Shown here piece after piece: positions 21,631 to 36,128 of a stretch of 64,000 bases of DNA (within the stretch, counting starts at the first letter, position 1; each line of letters opens with the position of its first letter). The stretch is taken from NCBI RefSeq assembly GCF_009914755.1, contig NC_060943.1; one strand, given 5' to 3'. The DNA comes from the human T2T-CHM13v2.0 reference genome, Homo sapiens. Both the position numbers and the translations under genes were made by a program. The notes under the pieces were generated by a model. The model was not told where the DNA came from and did not search any database. It worked only from the letters and a program-made list of their open reading frames with translations.

Positions 21631-22037
21631 GAAAGGGGAAAAAGACATTTGAAATTTTAAACACATAATGAAAATGCCCAAATTGTGGTGATAAAATTTT
21701 CTGTATCTTGATTTTATTAATTTTAATATTCTGGTTGTAATATTGTACTAGAATTTTAAATTACTTTGTCCCAGATTTTTTAAAATAACTTCCCTGACCA
21801 CATTATTGTTGGCCACCTCCTCCATAGTATCTTTAATCTCTTTATAGCACTTATTACCATAAAAAAAGCATTCTACACTGACTTAATTATATGCCTATTG
21901 TCTTCTTCCCCTCCATAATGTAGGCTCCACCTGAACACAAAAACAGTATTTGCACCTAGTAGCTGCTTGATACCTATGTAGTCACTAAACATTTGAGTGA
22001 GCAGATTTAGTTACAGTTATGATGATAATGGTAATAA

Positions 22038-22152
22038 GAGGCTGAGGCAGGAGGTTCACTGGAGCCCAGGAGTTCAAGGTTGCCATGAGCTGTGATCACG
22101 CTACTGCACTTCAGCCTGGGGTACAGAGCAAAACCCTGTCTCAAAAACAAAA
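22038..22152 (+). mobile_element. Alu monomer fragment (AluJ/FRAM-like)
   Basis: GAGGCTGAGGCAGGAGG...CCCTGTCTCAAAAA. Confidence 0.85.
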
Positions 22153-22312
22153 ATGGTGATAATGATGATTATGGTGCTGCTAATGATAACGGTGGTGAGG
22201 ATGGTGGTGGTGATGACGATGTTGATGGTGATGATGTGGACTATGATGATGATAGTGATGATGGTGATGATGATGATTATAATGTTGATGATGATAGTCA
22301 TGGTGATAACGA
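22153..22312. repeat. Degenerate (GAT/GGT)n trinucleotide repeat
   Basis: Direct; it produces the poly-Asp/Met/Ile spurious ORFs. Confidence 0.95.
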
Positions 22313-22593
22313 TTTACAGTAAGTTTAGCTGTGGTGGGTCACATTGCTGTCCATTCTCAAAGATCAGTCATAGAGCTGGTGCTTTGCCTTCTATATATCT
22401 ACTGCTCCTCTATGCAATGAGGACCCCAACTTCTGTTGGAGCTGTGGCTTAGACTTATCCTGAGCTGTGGAAGTTGAATTATCCATTGGAAACATTTCCT
22501 TGCCCCCTTGATTGGCAAGGGGTGGTCTGTGGTCTTTACAGAGCATCTCTAGTCTAGGATGGACTCTGCTTCTCTTCATAATCTTTTAATTTA

Positions 22594-23041
<448 letters not shown>

Positions 23042-24277
23042 TCACTCCAAAGTTTAGATTAACTTTTTGACACTATGTTATATGACTATAGAACCATCCC
23101 CTTTATAAATAAGATCCATGATTTGTCTTTCTTTCATAAGCTTGTGAGGAAGTTCTCTGCATCATCCTAAGCTTGGGAACACCTATTATTCCTTGGTGTT
23201 TTTTTTTTTTTTTTTTTTTTAACCTATATGCTGTGCCTTTTCAAGTCCAAACTCAGTGTAGATCATGGTTCATAGATTTCAGAGTGGACAAATACATCTG
23301 GATCTGGCATTAGTCTCTTTCATAATCTACTAATTATTTACAAAAGATTGGTGGTGACCAGTATTTTATTAAGTATTTTTGGAAAAGTCTCAGTTCATAA
23401 ATATTCTAAGCTAAAAATATATTTAGAAAGCCAAATCTGAACTGAATTTTTGATGCACATAACTCTTCTTTTCAAAACTTACTCAGCCACTCTGAAAATT
23501 TTCCCTCCCATAAAGGACATGTTGTTAGCTTCTCAGAGCACCTTGCTTTTTGTATTCAGGAAAGTCTTTTTATTTTCAATTTGTTATTTATGTCCTTCAC
23601 AATTTTTCTAATTTTCTGTTTTCAGTAGATAAGAAACATACTGGTATTTGGATTTTCTATAAGAGGAGAATCAATAAATGAATAAAAGAAGGAAGATGGT
23701 ATCCTATGAGGATGATAATTAGGAGGGACTGTATGAAAGAAAATAAATTGCTATCACCTGAAAAAACATACCATATTTCTAGTCTTGGTTCAGGCAAATT
23801 TAATGATGGGAACTTAAATAAGTCTCCTGCTTCCCAAGGCTGCTTCTTAACCATACAAGTATAAATTCCATGTTCCTCAGTGATGCATCCCTGCTTGTGA
23901 CATGTCCACCTGTTCAAACCTTATCATTAACCACTTCACCTTTCATTTCCTCCTTCTGAACATTTTGACATCAGGTTACTGAACTGCAAGGATCAGACAG
24001 GGATACTGAGGAAACCATTGCCATGGTTTCTAGCAATCCAGACTCACTCATGAACTTCTTGGGAGAATGAGCCCTACTGTGGATTCCCAGTCCAGAATCA
24101 ACAGGAAATAAATTGAGTCACATTATCTCTGACTTCCCAGTAAACTGCAGAATGTCAAAAACCTAGTAGCCTTCATTCAATATGTGAACTAAATTGAAAG
24201 ATATAAACAGGTTGTTTCTAAAATCATTTTTGTTCCAATATTTTGTTTAATTTACTGCATGAAAGACCAAAGACTAG

Positions 24278-24697
24278 TATACTAGTCTGTTCTGGCATTG
24301 TTATAAGAAAATTCCTGAGACTGGGTAATTCATAAAGAAAGGCATTTAACCAGCTCACAATTCTGCAGGCTGTGCAGGAAGCACAGTGCCAGGATCTGCT
24401 TCTGGTGAAGGACTCAGGAAGCTTCCAATCATGGCAGAAGGCAAAAGTGGAGCAGGCAGCTCACATGGCAAAAGTGAGAGCAAGAGAGCAAGGGGAGAGA
24501 TCCCTCATACTCTTAAACAATCAGATCACACATGAACTCAGAGTGAGAACTCATGCATCACTAAGGGGATTGTGCTAAGCCATCCATGAGGGATCTGCCC
24601 CCATATGCCAAATACCTACCACCAGGCCACAATTTAAACAGTGGGGATTACATTTCAACATGAGCTTTGAAGGGGACAAACATCCAAACCATATCAC
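24278..24697 (-). mobile_element. MaLR solo LTR (MSTB-like)
   Basis: TACTAGTCTGTTCTGGCATTGTTATAAG...CTGAGACTGGGTAATT...ACAAACATCCAAACCATATCA. Confidence 0.85.
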
Positions 24698-26612
24698 TTC
24701 GTATTCTTAATTTAATACAGAATATCAGACTTTGGTTCCAGCTCAACTCACTGCAGTCACCATTGGAAAATTTATTTTATGAGTAATTAAATCTTCTTAT
24801 TCTTTTAATATAATTTATCACCACTAACCTGAGTAGCTCTATTTCCTCTTGGAGCTGTGCATAATACCACTAAGAAGGTGCAAAGACTTTCCAGAGCATG
24901 GGAACTTAAAGTTCTACTATGTCCACAGCATCCTCTGGCTCAAGCATAGAAATCCTGTTCCAGGATGCTTCTAACTGAAAATTGTCATGTCTGCATTGGC
25001 TGGAGGAAGTTTTTGGAAAAGCACTGGGAAGGGGTAGTCTGGATTTATCAGGATACCTTATGACAGAGACAAATATCAGAAGTTTAATACATTCTTTAAT
25101 AAATGTAGGTAAGCATGATATGGGTTTGTCAGCTGTTCCATCTCTTACAGCTGCATCTTCTGCAGCATGTGGCCTCTCAAAGTTTACTGAGGCAAGATAA
25201 AGAGCCTAAGGAGGAGGCCCACAAGCTCTTAACTACTCCAGCCTGGAAGTGACACACATCACTTGCATTTACAGCTCATTGGCCAGAATTAGTCACATTA
25301 CCCCAACATAACTGCAAGGAAAGCTGGGAAATTTAGGGGAGAACATGAGACATTTGGTCGGTACAAACTGCTCTGCTACACACCCCTAGATATTTTGGGT
25401 TTTGTCAAAATACATTGTAAAACTCAGTTGGAACAGTCAACAACAGAAGAGGACCATTCTTAATTCCTCTTATTAGAGATTTCACCAATTTTCTGTCTTT
25501 TAGTTTGTTCTGTTTGGCCTTCACATTATCCTATTGTGTCAGTTATTCTGAGCAGAGTAAAGCAAGAAAACACACGAGAAAGAATAGTTTTAGAGAATGT
25601 AATGGATCAATGGTATTCCCCCTTCTAATAGCTTATTTTTATGCCTATTACCTGGAGTTGTTCTTCTAATGAGCCTTAAATGACTGCTGCAAATTGACAC
25701 TCAGAATTGATGCCCTGATTGCTTCCTGAACATCCTACAGGAAAGTTAATCTGCGGGACTTCCTGACCCCACCTTGTCTTCTATTTTATTTCAATAATTA
25801 GTATTTAATTAGTGCATCTGGGCTTTTCTCACCTGCCTTTTGGTTCTGCTGCTGTCCAGGACCAGATATAAGGTAAACTGTGACCCAGACTGCTCAAGAG
25901 TTGAGTTCATGAAGTGATGAAAACTTTACCCATCTTAATTAGCCCTCACAGAGAAGCCTGACTTCAAATCCTTAGTAACCCCCGGGGGTCTTGCTTCTCT
26001 CGATACTCAGCAGCAAAGTGAGGTATGCATACTGCAATGGGTACTTGGAGTGACCAGTGTTTGAATAGTTTTATTTTGCCACACTCTATATGTGGGTGTG
26101 GGTTAAATGATACTCAAGAGGCAACAAAAGTTTTTCAGGGGAATTGTGGGTGGCCATCCTGGAACGAGTATCTTCTAGCTTTCTCTGTCCTGTTGTGTCC
26201 TACACTGCCACCAGTTCAAACTTTGCTGGGGTTCAGAGAAGAAACAAGCAACTTGGACTTCTCTCCCTGTTCCTGGGAGCACCATCGGGCTCCCAAAATA
26301 GCATACAGACCACGGAGGGTACAGGGGGCCTTTTGGACAGCTTAGAGAACACATCCAAGCCTATGGCTCAAAGGCAGGACCTGGTGAAGGGGAAGGGGAT
26401 CAGCCTAAACAGGATCCAGAGTGTGAAAGGATCAAGAACCTGGCAGGGCAAGGCACCAGAATGTCCTGAGGCACCTGTGTCCTCACACACCAGCTCTACT
26501 GGCTTCACAGGCTCCTTCCTAGCCAAACATCTTCCAAATCAAGAGATCAGGGTCACCTTGCTTGGGGGAGTAAAGCAAAAACAAGAGAAGGCAGAAAGAA
26601 TACTGACCTTGG

Positions 26613-27231
26613 TATTACAGGAATTATTAAGAAATTATTTTAGGTAGATAGGATAAGGGGTCCTTGGTAAGGTTTTTTTGTTAAAAGCAGCTCCAGAAAT
26701 GTTTCTTTTCTAGTAGAAAAACAGCTCAAAGGGCCAGGCTGGCAAGCTTTGATATGCAAATGGAAGCCATTAGAAACTAGGTCCATCTAATGGTGATTCC
26801 TGCCCTCTTCTCCTTGTCACCACGTGTGCCAAGCATCATGGCCACCCCCAGAGATCTCCACGTATGCAGAATATCATGGTGGCCTGCATTTGCATGTTAA
26901 GATGCTGGGGCCAGTTTTTTCATGGGCCATATAAATGACATACCTGGTCAAACCAATCCCCTGGTTCATATGCAAATCAGACACCTCCTCCTCCAGCCTC
27001 CCCATATAACCAACTTTTTTTCTGCTTCACTCAGGGTGTCCTCTCTCCGCCCGGGACAGAAGGGACAGAGGTCCCTTCCCTCTGTCTCTGTACAAGGCAG
27101 ATTCTTCCTTCTTTTTTTGCCTATTAAAGTCTCCACTCCTTAAAACCACTCCACGTGTGTCCGTGTCATTTTATCTAAATTGGCACAAGACAAAGGACCT
27201 TCGTGTTCCTCCAGTCATCGGAGCTGTATCA
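26613..27231 (+). mobile_element. ERV 5' LTR with three octamer motifs
   Basis: ATGCAAAT 26754-26761 and 26970-26977, ATTTGCAT 26888-26895; ATTAAA poly(A) signal near 27123; ends GTATCA. Confidence 0.9.
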
Positions 27232-27234
27232 TTT

Positions 27235-27252
27235 TGGTGCTTTGGCCAGGAA
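27235..27252 (+). other. Primer-binding site complementary to tRNA-Gly
   Basis: TGGTGCTTTGGCCAGGAA versus TGGTGCATTGGCCGGGAA, the complement of the tRNA-Gly 3' end; 16/18 match. Confidence 0.8.
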
Positions 27253-27720
27253 TCTGAGGTATAACATTCATCAGAGCGGTGAGTATGGGAGCAAGCTAAA
27301 AACAATTTTTTTAAGCGTAAATTCTTTAGCATGGGCCATAAAAGCAGGATATAGCGTTCAATCTAGCATGCCCCCTTCATTAAAGGGGCCTTGCCCAATT
27401 ACATAGTTTTTCTTGAGATCCTTTTTTTTTAAGGGAGGCACACAGGACACACACGTCTAGGACGTCAAAGGGAAATAATAGGTGAGGACTAGGGCTAACT
27501 GGGTAAGTGTGACCAGGCCTCAAAAGCCTAGTTCCTCTGGTGCCATGGCTTGAAGGGTTATGCCCACAGTCATGGGCAGCACATTTAACAGGGTGCTGGG
27601 ACCCAGGAATCAGGAAGGGAAAATAGTTCGGGGAATGCCCCCACTGTTTTCTTCATCCTAGGTCACATATGGAAAGAAAGGAGACTAAAAGAATGCTTTT
27701 ATTCTCACTTCTCTTTCTAG

Positions 27721-29200
27721 ATGGGTAACAAATCATCTTCAGCATGGACTCTCCTGGAGTGTATATTTTAAAGCACTGGGACTCCTCTGACCCCGAGACT
27801 CTGAAGAAAAGCCACCTCATATTCTGTTGCACAAGGCATGGCTTTCTTACCATCTTGGGAACAGACAAACCTGGCCTGCTGGGGGGAAACTTAATTTTAA
27901 TATTATCTAACAGGTCTTTTCTGCTGACAGAAGGGCAAATGGACTGACATCCCCTATGTGCACTTTCTTTGCCCTGCAAGACAACCCAGACATTTACAAG
28001 TTCTGTACAATTGACCCAGTTCTTTTAGCAGCCATGGCAGGAAAGCCCAGGAAATAGTTCCCCAGAGTAAAGGAAGGTTCCAGAAGAGCAATCTAACACA
28101 GCTATTGAATGTCCCAACCCTTCCAGTCTCCCTCCAATCGTACCATCAGCTCCTCCAGCTCCACCATCTCCAGTATATCCTACTCTTCCTCCTTCACTTT
28201 TACCTCTGTAGGAAATGTCTGATGGGAATGGTGCCATGAGGGTTCAAGTTCCCCTCTCATTACAGAACCTTAAACAAATAAAGGGAGACTCAGGCCAATT
28301 TTCTGACAACCCTAATAGGTACATAGAAATTTTCCAAAATTTAACTCAGGTGTTTGACCTCACATGGAGGGATATTATGTTGCTGATAAGTCAGACCCTC
28401 ACTGCAGCTAAAAAGCAGGCTGTTCTGTAGGCAGCAGGAAAAAAAATAGAGTTGAGCAACATGCCTCCTATAGCTGACCAAGGAGAAAAAGAAGAAGTAG
28501 GGAAGGTGAGAAAGAGGTGGAAACTCCATTCCCATTAGAAACGGAAGCTGTTCCAGTAAATAACCTTAACTGGAACCCCAATAATTCAGGAGATAACTGA
28601 AAAAGGACACACTTTTTAAGGTGCATATTAGAGGGACTATGGAAAACCAGGGCCAATTCTCTCAATTACACTAAGCTGTCCACAATAGGCCAAAGACCAA
28701 ATGAGAATCCCACAGACTTTATGGAAAGGCTGAGAGAAGCACTAATAAAACACACCTCTTTTACTCCTAATTTAGTCAAGGGACAGCTCATCCTGAAGGA
28801 CAAGTTTATTACACAGGCAGCTCACGATATTAGAAGGAAACTACAGAAGCAAGTTATAGAACCAGATAGCACCCTAAAGAACCTCCTGAGAATAGCCACT
28901 TTTTTTTTTACAATAGAGATCAAGAAGAGGCCCAAGAAAAAATAAAGGAAATACAAGAGAAGAACAGAACCTCTAGCAGCAGGGTTGCAAGCTTGCAAGT
29001 CCAGGATTCCCAAGTTACCTTCATTAGCTGTTACTGATGTAGCAAGTCAGGGCATTTTAAAAAGGAATGCCCTGGAAGCAAGACCAAGCCACTTCAACCC
29101 TGTCTAGCCTGTGGCAGAGACCACTAGAGATGGATATGCCCCCGAAGACAGAGGTCACTGGGTTCAGAACCAGTTTCACAGATGGTCCAGCAGGACTGAC
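27721..29200 (+). pseudogene. ERV gag remnant
   Basis: ATG GGT AAC (MGN myristoylation start), ILKHWDSSDPETLKK, FSDNPNRYIEIFQNLTQVFDLTW, ERLREALIKHT, decayed CCHC knuckle near 29030. Confidence 0.85.
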
Positions 29201-29269
29201 AGGTCCTGGGACTCAAACCTCTGGTTCTGGTGACTCAGACTGCCATTACAGCACAGGAGCCCTGGGTAA

Positions 29270-32200
29270 TTCTGGAAATTGAAGGAAGGAAAGTAAATCT
29301 CCTTCTAGATACTGAAGCCAGTCTCTCTCTTCTCCTCTCTAATCCAGGCCTCCCCTCTTCCCATAGCATGACCATAGTGGTGTCTCAGGAAAACATCTAA
29401 TCCAATATTTTTTTCAACCCCTTAGCTGCAGATGGGGGGACCTACTATTTACACATGCCTTTTTAATCATGCCTGAAAGACCCACTCCTTTATTAGGTAG
29501 AGATATTCTAGCTCACATGGGGGCCAGCATCCTTAATGCCCCAGGACAAACTTTTTTCTCCCCCAGTGGAAGCTAACATTAATCCATAAGTGTGGGTAAG
29601 TCAAGGAAAAATAGGCTGACCTATAACTGCTAGGCTAGTACAGATCTACCTTAAGTATCCCACTTCTCTTCCTAGCCAGAGACAGTATGCCCTAAGGTCA
29701 GAGGTTAGGAAAAAGCTGAAAGCCATAATTAATAACCTAAAGATGCAGGGCCTCCTCAAACCCTGTAATAGCCCCTGCAACACCCCAATATTAGGAGGGC
29801 AGAAACCCAATGGGGAATGGAGACTACTTCAGGACCTTCACCTCATTAATGAAGCTGTAGTTCCAATCCATCCAGTGGTACTTAATCCTTGTATCCTGTT
29901 AACTCAAATACCTGAGGGAAATAAATGGTTTACAGTCCTAGATTTAAAGGATGCCTTTTTCTGCATAGTATTACATCCTGACTCTCAATACCTGTTTGCC
30001 TTCAAAGATCCAGCCAGTCCGCCCAGTTAACATGGATGCTGCCTCAAGGACTTCGGGGTAGTCCTCATCTGGACAGGCACTGTCAAAAGACCTCTCTGAG
30101 TTCTCTCATCCTCAAGTTAGGGTCTTGCCATAAGTTGATGATATTCTGCTCTGTGTCCCAACTGAGGAAGCTTCTCAGGAAGGCACTGAAGCTCTTTTCA
30201 ACTTCTCAGCTAACAGAGGACATAAGGTTTCAAAACACAATGCCCAGCTCTGCAAAACCTCAGTGAAGTACCTAGATTTAGTGTTGTCCAAGGGGACCAG
30301 AGCATTAGGAGAAGAAAGGATTAAGCCTATTTCCTCCTTTCCCCTCCTGCAAACCCTCAAGAAACTAAGAGGATTTGGGGGCAATACAGACTTTTGTAGA
30401 CTATGGATACCTGGGTATGGTGAAGTAGCCCGTCTGTTGTATAACCTCATGAAAGAAACTCAGGGAGCTAACCTCTCTTTTAACCTGAGAACCTGAAACT
30501 CAAAAGGCCTGTGACCAGCTAAACCAAGCCTTGCTGAAGGCACCAGCTCTCAGCTTTCCTGTAGGGAAGGCCTTCAATCTGTATGTATCAGAAAGGAAGG
30601 GAATGGTCCTAGGAGTTTTAACACAGGCTCGAGGACCAGTCCAACAGCCAGTGGGTTACCTAAGTAGGAACTTGATTTGGTGGCTAAAGGATGGCCAGCC
30701 TGCCTCTGAGACATTACTTCAGTGGCTCTGATGGTCCCAGAAGCCTCCAAATTAATCCTGGGAAATGATTTAACTGTTTACACTCCACATAACATGGCAG
30801 GACTACTGCATTCTAGGGGGAGCCTTTGGTTAATAGATAGCTGAATCCTTAAATATCAAGCCCTGCTGTTAGAAGGTTCCAACATCCAATTAAAAACTAG
30901 TTCTCTCCTAAATCCAGCCACCTTCCTCCCCAAGGAAACTGGGGAACCTGAGCATGACTGTGAACAAGTCACAGTACAGACCTATGCAGCCAGGGAATAT
31001 CTCAGGGAAACTCCCCTAGAGAACGCAGACTGGACCCTCTTCACAGATGGGAGCTCTTTTGTAGAACAAGGGATCGTAAGGCAGGATATGCAGTAATCAC
31101 TCTAAATGACATCATTGAAAGTGCATCTCTCCTTCCAGGCACAAGCGCTCAATTAGCTGAGCTAATAGCTCTTACAAGAACAATTGAATTAGGCAAAGGA
31201 AAGGTAGCTAATATTTACACTGACTTCAAGTATGCTTTCTTGGTTCTCCATGCTCATGCTGCCATTTGGAAGGAAAGGCATTTTCTTACCACCAATGGAT
31301 CTCCTATAAAATGTCACCAGGAAATTAACAGGTTATTACCCTCAGTTTTCTTTCCATGAGAAATAGCAGTGATGCATTGTAGGGGACATCAAAAGGGAAC
31401 AGATGAGGTAGCCGAAGGAAATAGATTAGCTGATCAGGCAGCTAAATCAGCAACAAGGAAGCCTCAAGACATCAACATGCTTCAAAACCCTCTAATCTGG
31501 GAAGGCTCCATAAGAGAAATTAAACCTCAGTACTCCCCTACAGAAATAGAATTGGCCACTTCTCTATGGTATACATTTCAGCTCTCAGGATGGCCACAGT
31601 CAGATGGCTACAGTAGCCAATGGATGGCTACTCCTTCCATTGACTGGAGGCTGGCAAACTCAATTGCCAGCCTCCAGCCAGTGGAAAATCATTTAAATCC
31701 TTCACCAAGCTTTTTACTTGGAAAAAGATAAAACTTATCAATATGCCCAGGAATCATTTTCAGGAGAGGACTTACTAAAAACAGTCAAGCAAATTGTTAA
31801 TGCTTGTGAAGTCTGTCTTAAAAATAATCCCCTGAACAGGTGACTCCTTCTTCCTCAAACCCAAAGAATAGGAAATTGTCCAGAGGAACACTGGCAGATA
31901 GACTTCACCCACATGCCAAAGACAAAAGGCATTCAATACCTGCTGATATGAGTAGATACCCTCACTAACTAGAAGTATTTTCATGCCATACAGAAAAAGC
32001 CTCTAAGGTAATAAAAGTGTTAGTTAATTACATAACTCCCCACTTTGTCTACTTAAGTAGCTTTAAAGTGACAATGGGCTGTTGTTTAAGGCAGCTATCA
32101 CTCAAGGGGTCTCAAAAGCACTAGCCATGGAATATCATCTCCATTGTGCTTGGAGACCCTAATCCTCAGGAAAGGTAGAGAAAACTAATGATATTATGAA

Positions 32201-32724
32201 GAGACATTTCAGAAAATTATCCCAAGAAACTCATCTTCCTTGGGTCACTCTTCTTCCCATGGCCTTACTATGAATAACAAATACCCCTTCAAAATTAGTT
32301 CTTAGCCCTATTGAGATGTTGTACGGATGGCTTTTTTTCCCAATAATTTTCTATTAGATTGGGAAGACTCTGAGCTAGTTAAGTATGTAACCTCTCTGGC
32401 TCACTTCCAACAGGAATTAGCACAATTAGTAAAAGCCCAACCCCAGGACATTGAACCACCTCTATTTAACCCAGGAGATTTGGTACTGGTAAAGTCTCTC
32501 CCTTCTCTCTCTCTCCCTAAACCCAAGCTGGGAAGGGCTTTACACTATTGTTCTTTCAACCCCTTTGGCAATAAAAGTCAAAGGAATCAATGCCTGGATA
32601 CATCACACTCGAGTCAAAGCCTGGAGAGCTGAGGGAACAACCCCTGACAGCCCAGAGGAATGTCCTGAATATCAATGTGAAGAAATAGGAGGTCTTAAGC
32701 TGAAAATCACAAAATATAAGTAAC
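29270..32724 (+). pseudogene. ERV pro-pol remnant (protease, RT, RNase H, integrase)
   Basis: LLDTEA protease site near 29300; WFTVLDLKDAFF and LPQG RT motifs; YVDD mutated to stop-VDD near 30130; HCRGHQKG...GNRLADQAA RNase H; WQIDFTHMP integrase. Confidence 0.9.
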
Positions 32725-32828
32725 TGAGTGAGATCTACTCATCTTAGTCTCACCCCTACCTCACCAAATACTTTTTGTTGTTTCTACCTCTCCTTTCAGA
32801 TTTGTTGCCAAATATTAGAACTTATTTT

Positions 32829-34860
32829 GATGGAAATTATTGACTATGCCACTCTTGCAAGAATTGCTATACTCGTGCTACTATTTGCATTAGGACTATA
32901 CACTGTACCACCCTCTGGGTGGAATATCAGACAGGAATCTCAATTACTGTACGATTTTGCTTAATTATTATCCTCATAGCAGGAATAACAGTTCCTAACT
33001 GGAAGTAAACATGAGCATTTTACTATCACTAAGTGTTAAAACTTTTTACTGGACTTAGTAATACATCACACCCTTTAGCTCCTACAATATTCACCATAGC
33101 CCATTTGTACAATAAGACTAATTGTTGGGTCTGTCCTAAGTGGCTCACTCAGTTCGATGACACTAAGAAACCTTAAAATGACCCAGAACTTGCCATCTTA
33201 GGATTTCATTTGTTGGCTTTACCTCTAACCTTTAAAGACTTATCAGTCATAAATGGGACATGATATGGGAGGACTTTCAACTGGGTAACTAACTCCTCTC
33301 AGAGAACATTCTGCCCCCAGTGCCAAAGAACAGTTTCCCTAAAACTCAGCTTCACACCCTCAGGTTGGGAAAAGTTGGCCTAGTAACAGCAAATGCTTTG
33401 AAAGCAGTGGGGAAAGCCCATATTTGGGCTCAAATATTGTAACATCACATTTGTAATTGTTGATAGTTCAAAGATTTGGGGAGAAGACTGCAACAAAGGG
33501 GATCTAACAGGATCAGAAGCCCTAGTGGGGGGCTTTCAGAATCTAGCCTCTCCTTCTGGTTGGAAGTCCTATGATGGGAGTGGCATGCTCTAAACAACCA
33601 CCTTGACTACAATGTAAAGAATAACACATGGGCCTTTTCAAACATGCATGCTTATAGAATTCCAGATCCTTGCACGATGTTTGCTAATAGTAGTGGCTTA
33701 CAGATCTGTGGGCAAACTGGAGACATCTGGACTGACAGCCCTTGCCACAAGGATCATCTGAGATATTGGCCAGGGTATAAAATGTCTAATTTTTTGAAAC
33801 TCCATTTGTTAGGTGGACCCTTCTCACTTGGCATGTCAAATTCCAATTGGCATCATAAATGACTATCTTAAATATGGTTATCCTTATCCCAAGGATGCCC
33901 CTATTATGTGTAAGGAAGGGGAATTTCTAAGATATGAGAAAAGTCTGCCACTGTCTCTCACAAACCACAACTTGGAACCATCCCTTCAAGAAACAGGGCT
34001 AGATATTCCTTGTGGCTCCTAGATACACTTAGTTCTCCCAAGGCATTAGAAGGGAACTTGTATTACAGTAGCAGTAGTTTCCAACTTATTTTTAAATTCT
34101 ACTGAGTTGGCAGCATCATCATGGGACATACCTAACTTAGGCTCTTTTCTAGAAACTGCACTATCTCAAATACACCGGACAAAGAGATCTATCATTTCTA
34201 AGCCCTCACATGGAGATTTAGCTGAAAGGGCAGACTGGGGAAGGGCATGCACATGACAATCCCAACTTGAAAAAAAACATGGATGGGAAATTCTATAGCC
34301 AGAGGCCTATTCTGATTTACGGGCATCCCTCTTCTTGAAAGATCAGTACTTACTGTCTCTATTATGATGCAACAAGGATGGAAGGTAACTATAAGTGCCA
34401 TAGAGGCACAACAACAATCTATAGACCCTTTATCCTCAGTAACAGCACAAAATAGATGGGCCTTAGATGTCCTCACAGCTGAAGTAGGAAGTACTGGTGT
34501 GCACTTTTAAATGAAACATGCTGCTTCTGAATTAACACTTCTAGTAGAGGAAAATCTACAGGTACGTAAAGATCAAATCAAAAGTATTATCAGGCTAAGA
34601 GAATATGTAGGCTTCAGTCCCAGGTGGCTACAATCCCTCTTTAATAAATTCCAGACTTCTTTATGGAATTGGTTAGCTCCTTTATTAAGCCCCCTCTTGC
34701 TTATATGTCTTGTATTAACATTTGAACCTGTACACTCAATACTATAACTTGAATTGTTTCCTCTGAAATCAAACTCCAAATGGTGCTGCAAACCGAACCA
34801 TGCAGGAACACGCCATTCTTCCAAGGACACTTATATCGAATCCAGGAGGAGCCCTAACTG
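32829..34860 (+). pseudogene. ERV env remnant
   Basis: Furin site RTKR 34176-34187, immunosuppressive-domain-like QNRWALDVLTAEVGST 34448-34495, CX6CC (CALLNETCC) 34498-34524, hydrophobic TM segment WLAPLLSPLLLICLVL. Confidence 0.85.
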
Positions 34861-34962
34861 CTGTTCCCCAATCGACACCCCTTTTCAGCAGGAAGTAGCC
34901 AGAAAGAGTCGTTGCCCAAATCCCCCTAACAGCAGTTATGGTAACGTCTCCTCAGGGGCGAA

Positions 34963-35581
34963 TATTATATGAGTTATTAAGAAATTGTTTTAGGCAGATA
35001 AGATAAGGGATCCTTGGTAAGTTTTTTTCTTAAAAGTAACTCCCAAAACATTTCTTTTCTAGCAGAAAAATGGCTTGAAGGGCCAGGCCAGCAGGCTTTG
35101 ATATGCAAATGCCAGCCATTACAAACTGGGTCCATCCAATATGGGGATTCCCATCCTCTTCTCCTTGTCACCATGAGTGCCAAGCCTCAGGCCCTCCGCC
35201 CCGCCTCAGAGATCTCCATGTCTGCAGAACATCATGGCGGTCTACATTTGCATATTAAAAGGCTAGGGTGAAAGGGCCAGTTTTTTCGCGGTCTACATAA
35301 ATGACATACCTGGTCAAACCAATCCCCTGGGTCATATGAAAATCAGGCACCGCCTCCTCCAGCCTCCTAATATAACCTACTGTTTTCCGCTGCACTTGTG
35401 GTTTCCTCTCTCCACTTGGAGCCCCCCTCACTCTGTCTCTGTACAAGGGAGCTTCTTCCTTCTGTTTTGCCTATTAAACTCTCTGCTCCTTAAAACCGCT
35501 CCATGTGTGTCCGTGTCATTTTATATAAATTGGTGCAGGACAAAGGACCCTGGTGTTCCTCCAGTCATCGAAGCCGTATCA
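34963..35581 (+). mobile_element. ERV 3' LTR
   Basis: Direct repeat of 26613-27231; octamers at 35103-35110 and 35246-35253. Confidence 0.92.
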
Positions 35582-35721
35582 TTGGGGTCAAGAAAACCTG
35601 GGTTTAAAACTCTGCTTCTGTTGTGTGACCTTAGTTAAGTAGCTCATCCTCTCTGGACTCAGTTAACTTGTCTATCAAATAGATGAGCCTCAAGTTCCAG
35701 TCTTTCAGAAACAGTCTGAGT

Positions 35722-36128
35722 TTCTTTTTTATTTATTTTTAATTTTTGTGGGTACAGAGTAGGTGTATATACTTATGGAGTATATGAGATATTTTTATAC
35801 AAGTAGCAATGCATCAAAATTACATCAGGGTAAATGGGGTATCCATTCCCTCAAGCATTTATTCTTTGTGTTACAAACAATCCAATTATATACTTTTAGA
35901 TATTTTTAACATACAATTAATTTATTTTTGACCCTAGTCACCCTGTTGTGCTAGCAAATACTAGGTTTTTTTCTATGTTTTTGTACCAATTAACCCTCCC
36001 CACATCTCCTCCCACTCCACTACCCCTTCCAGCCTCTGGTAACCATCTTTCTACTCTCTACCTTCATGAGTTCAATCGTTTTAATTATTAGCTCCCACGA
36101 ATAATTGAGAACATGATGTTTGTCTTCA
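35722..36128 (-). mobile_element. L1MA-type 3' end fragment
   Basis: T-rich tail followed by TTTTGTGGGTACAGAGTAGGTGTATATACTTATGG...GAGAACATGATGTTTGTCTT. Confidence 0.85.

Larger units (their letters stand above)
26613..35581 (+). mobile_element. Full-length decayed class I (gammaretrovirus-like, ERV1) provirus; LTR25/HUERS-P3-like (family tentative)
   Basis: Two 619-bp LTRs (26613-27231, 34963-35581), 4-bp TSD TTGG (26609-26612, 35582-35585), PBS, gag-pro-pol-env remnants, and a purine tract before the 3' LTR. Confidence 0.93.

Noticed and set aside
22092-22452. Asp-, Met- and Ile-rich ORFs
   Set aside because: Translation of a (GAT/GGT)n microsatellite plus an Alu fragment.
32829-34860. 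Domesticated env (syncytin-like) gene
   Set aside because: Multiple stops and frameshifts; longest fragments are under 100 aa.
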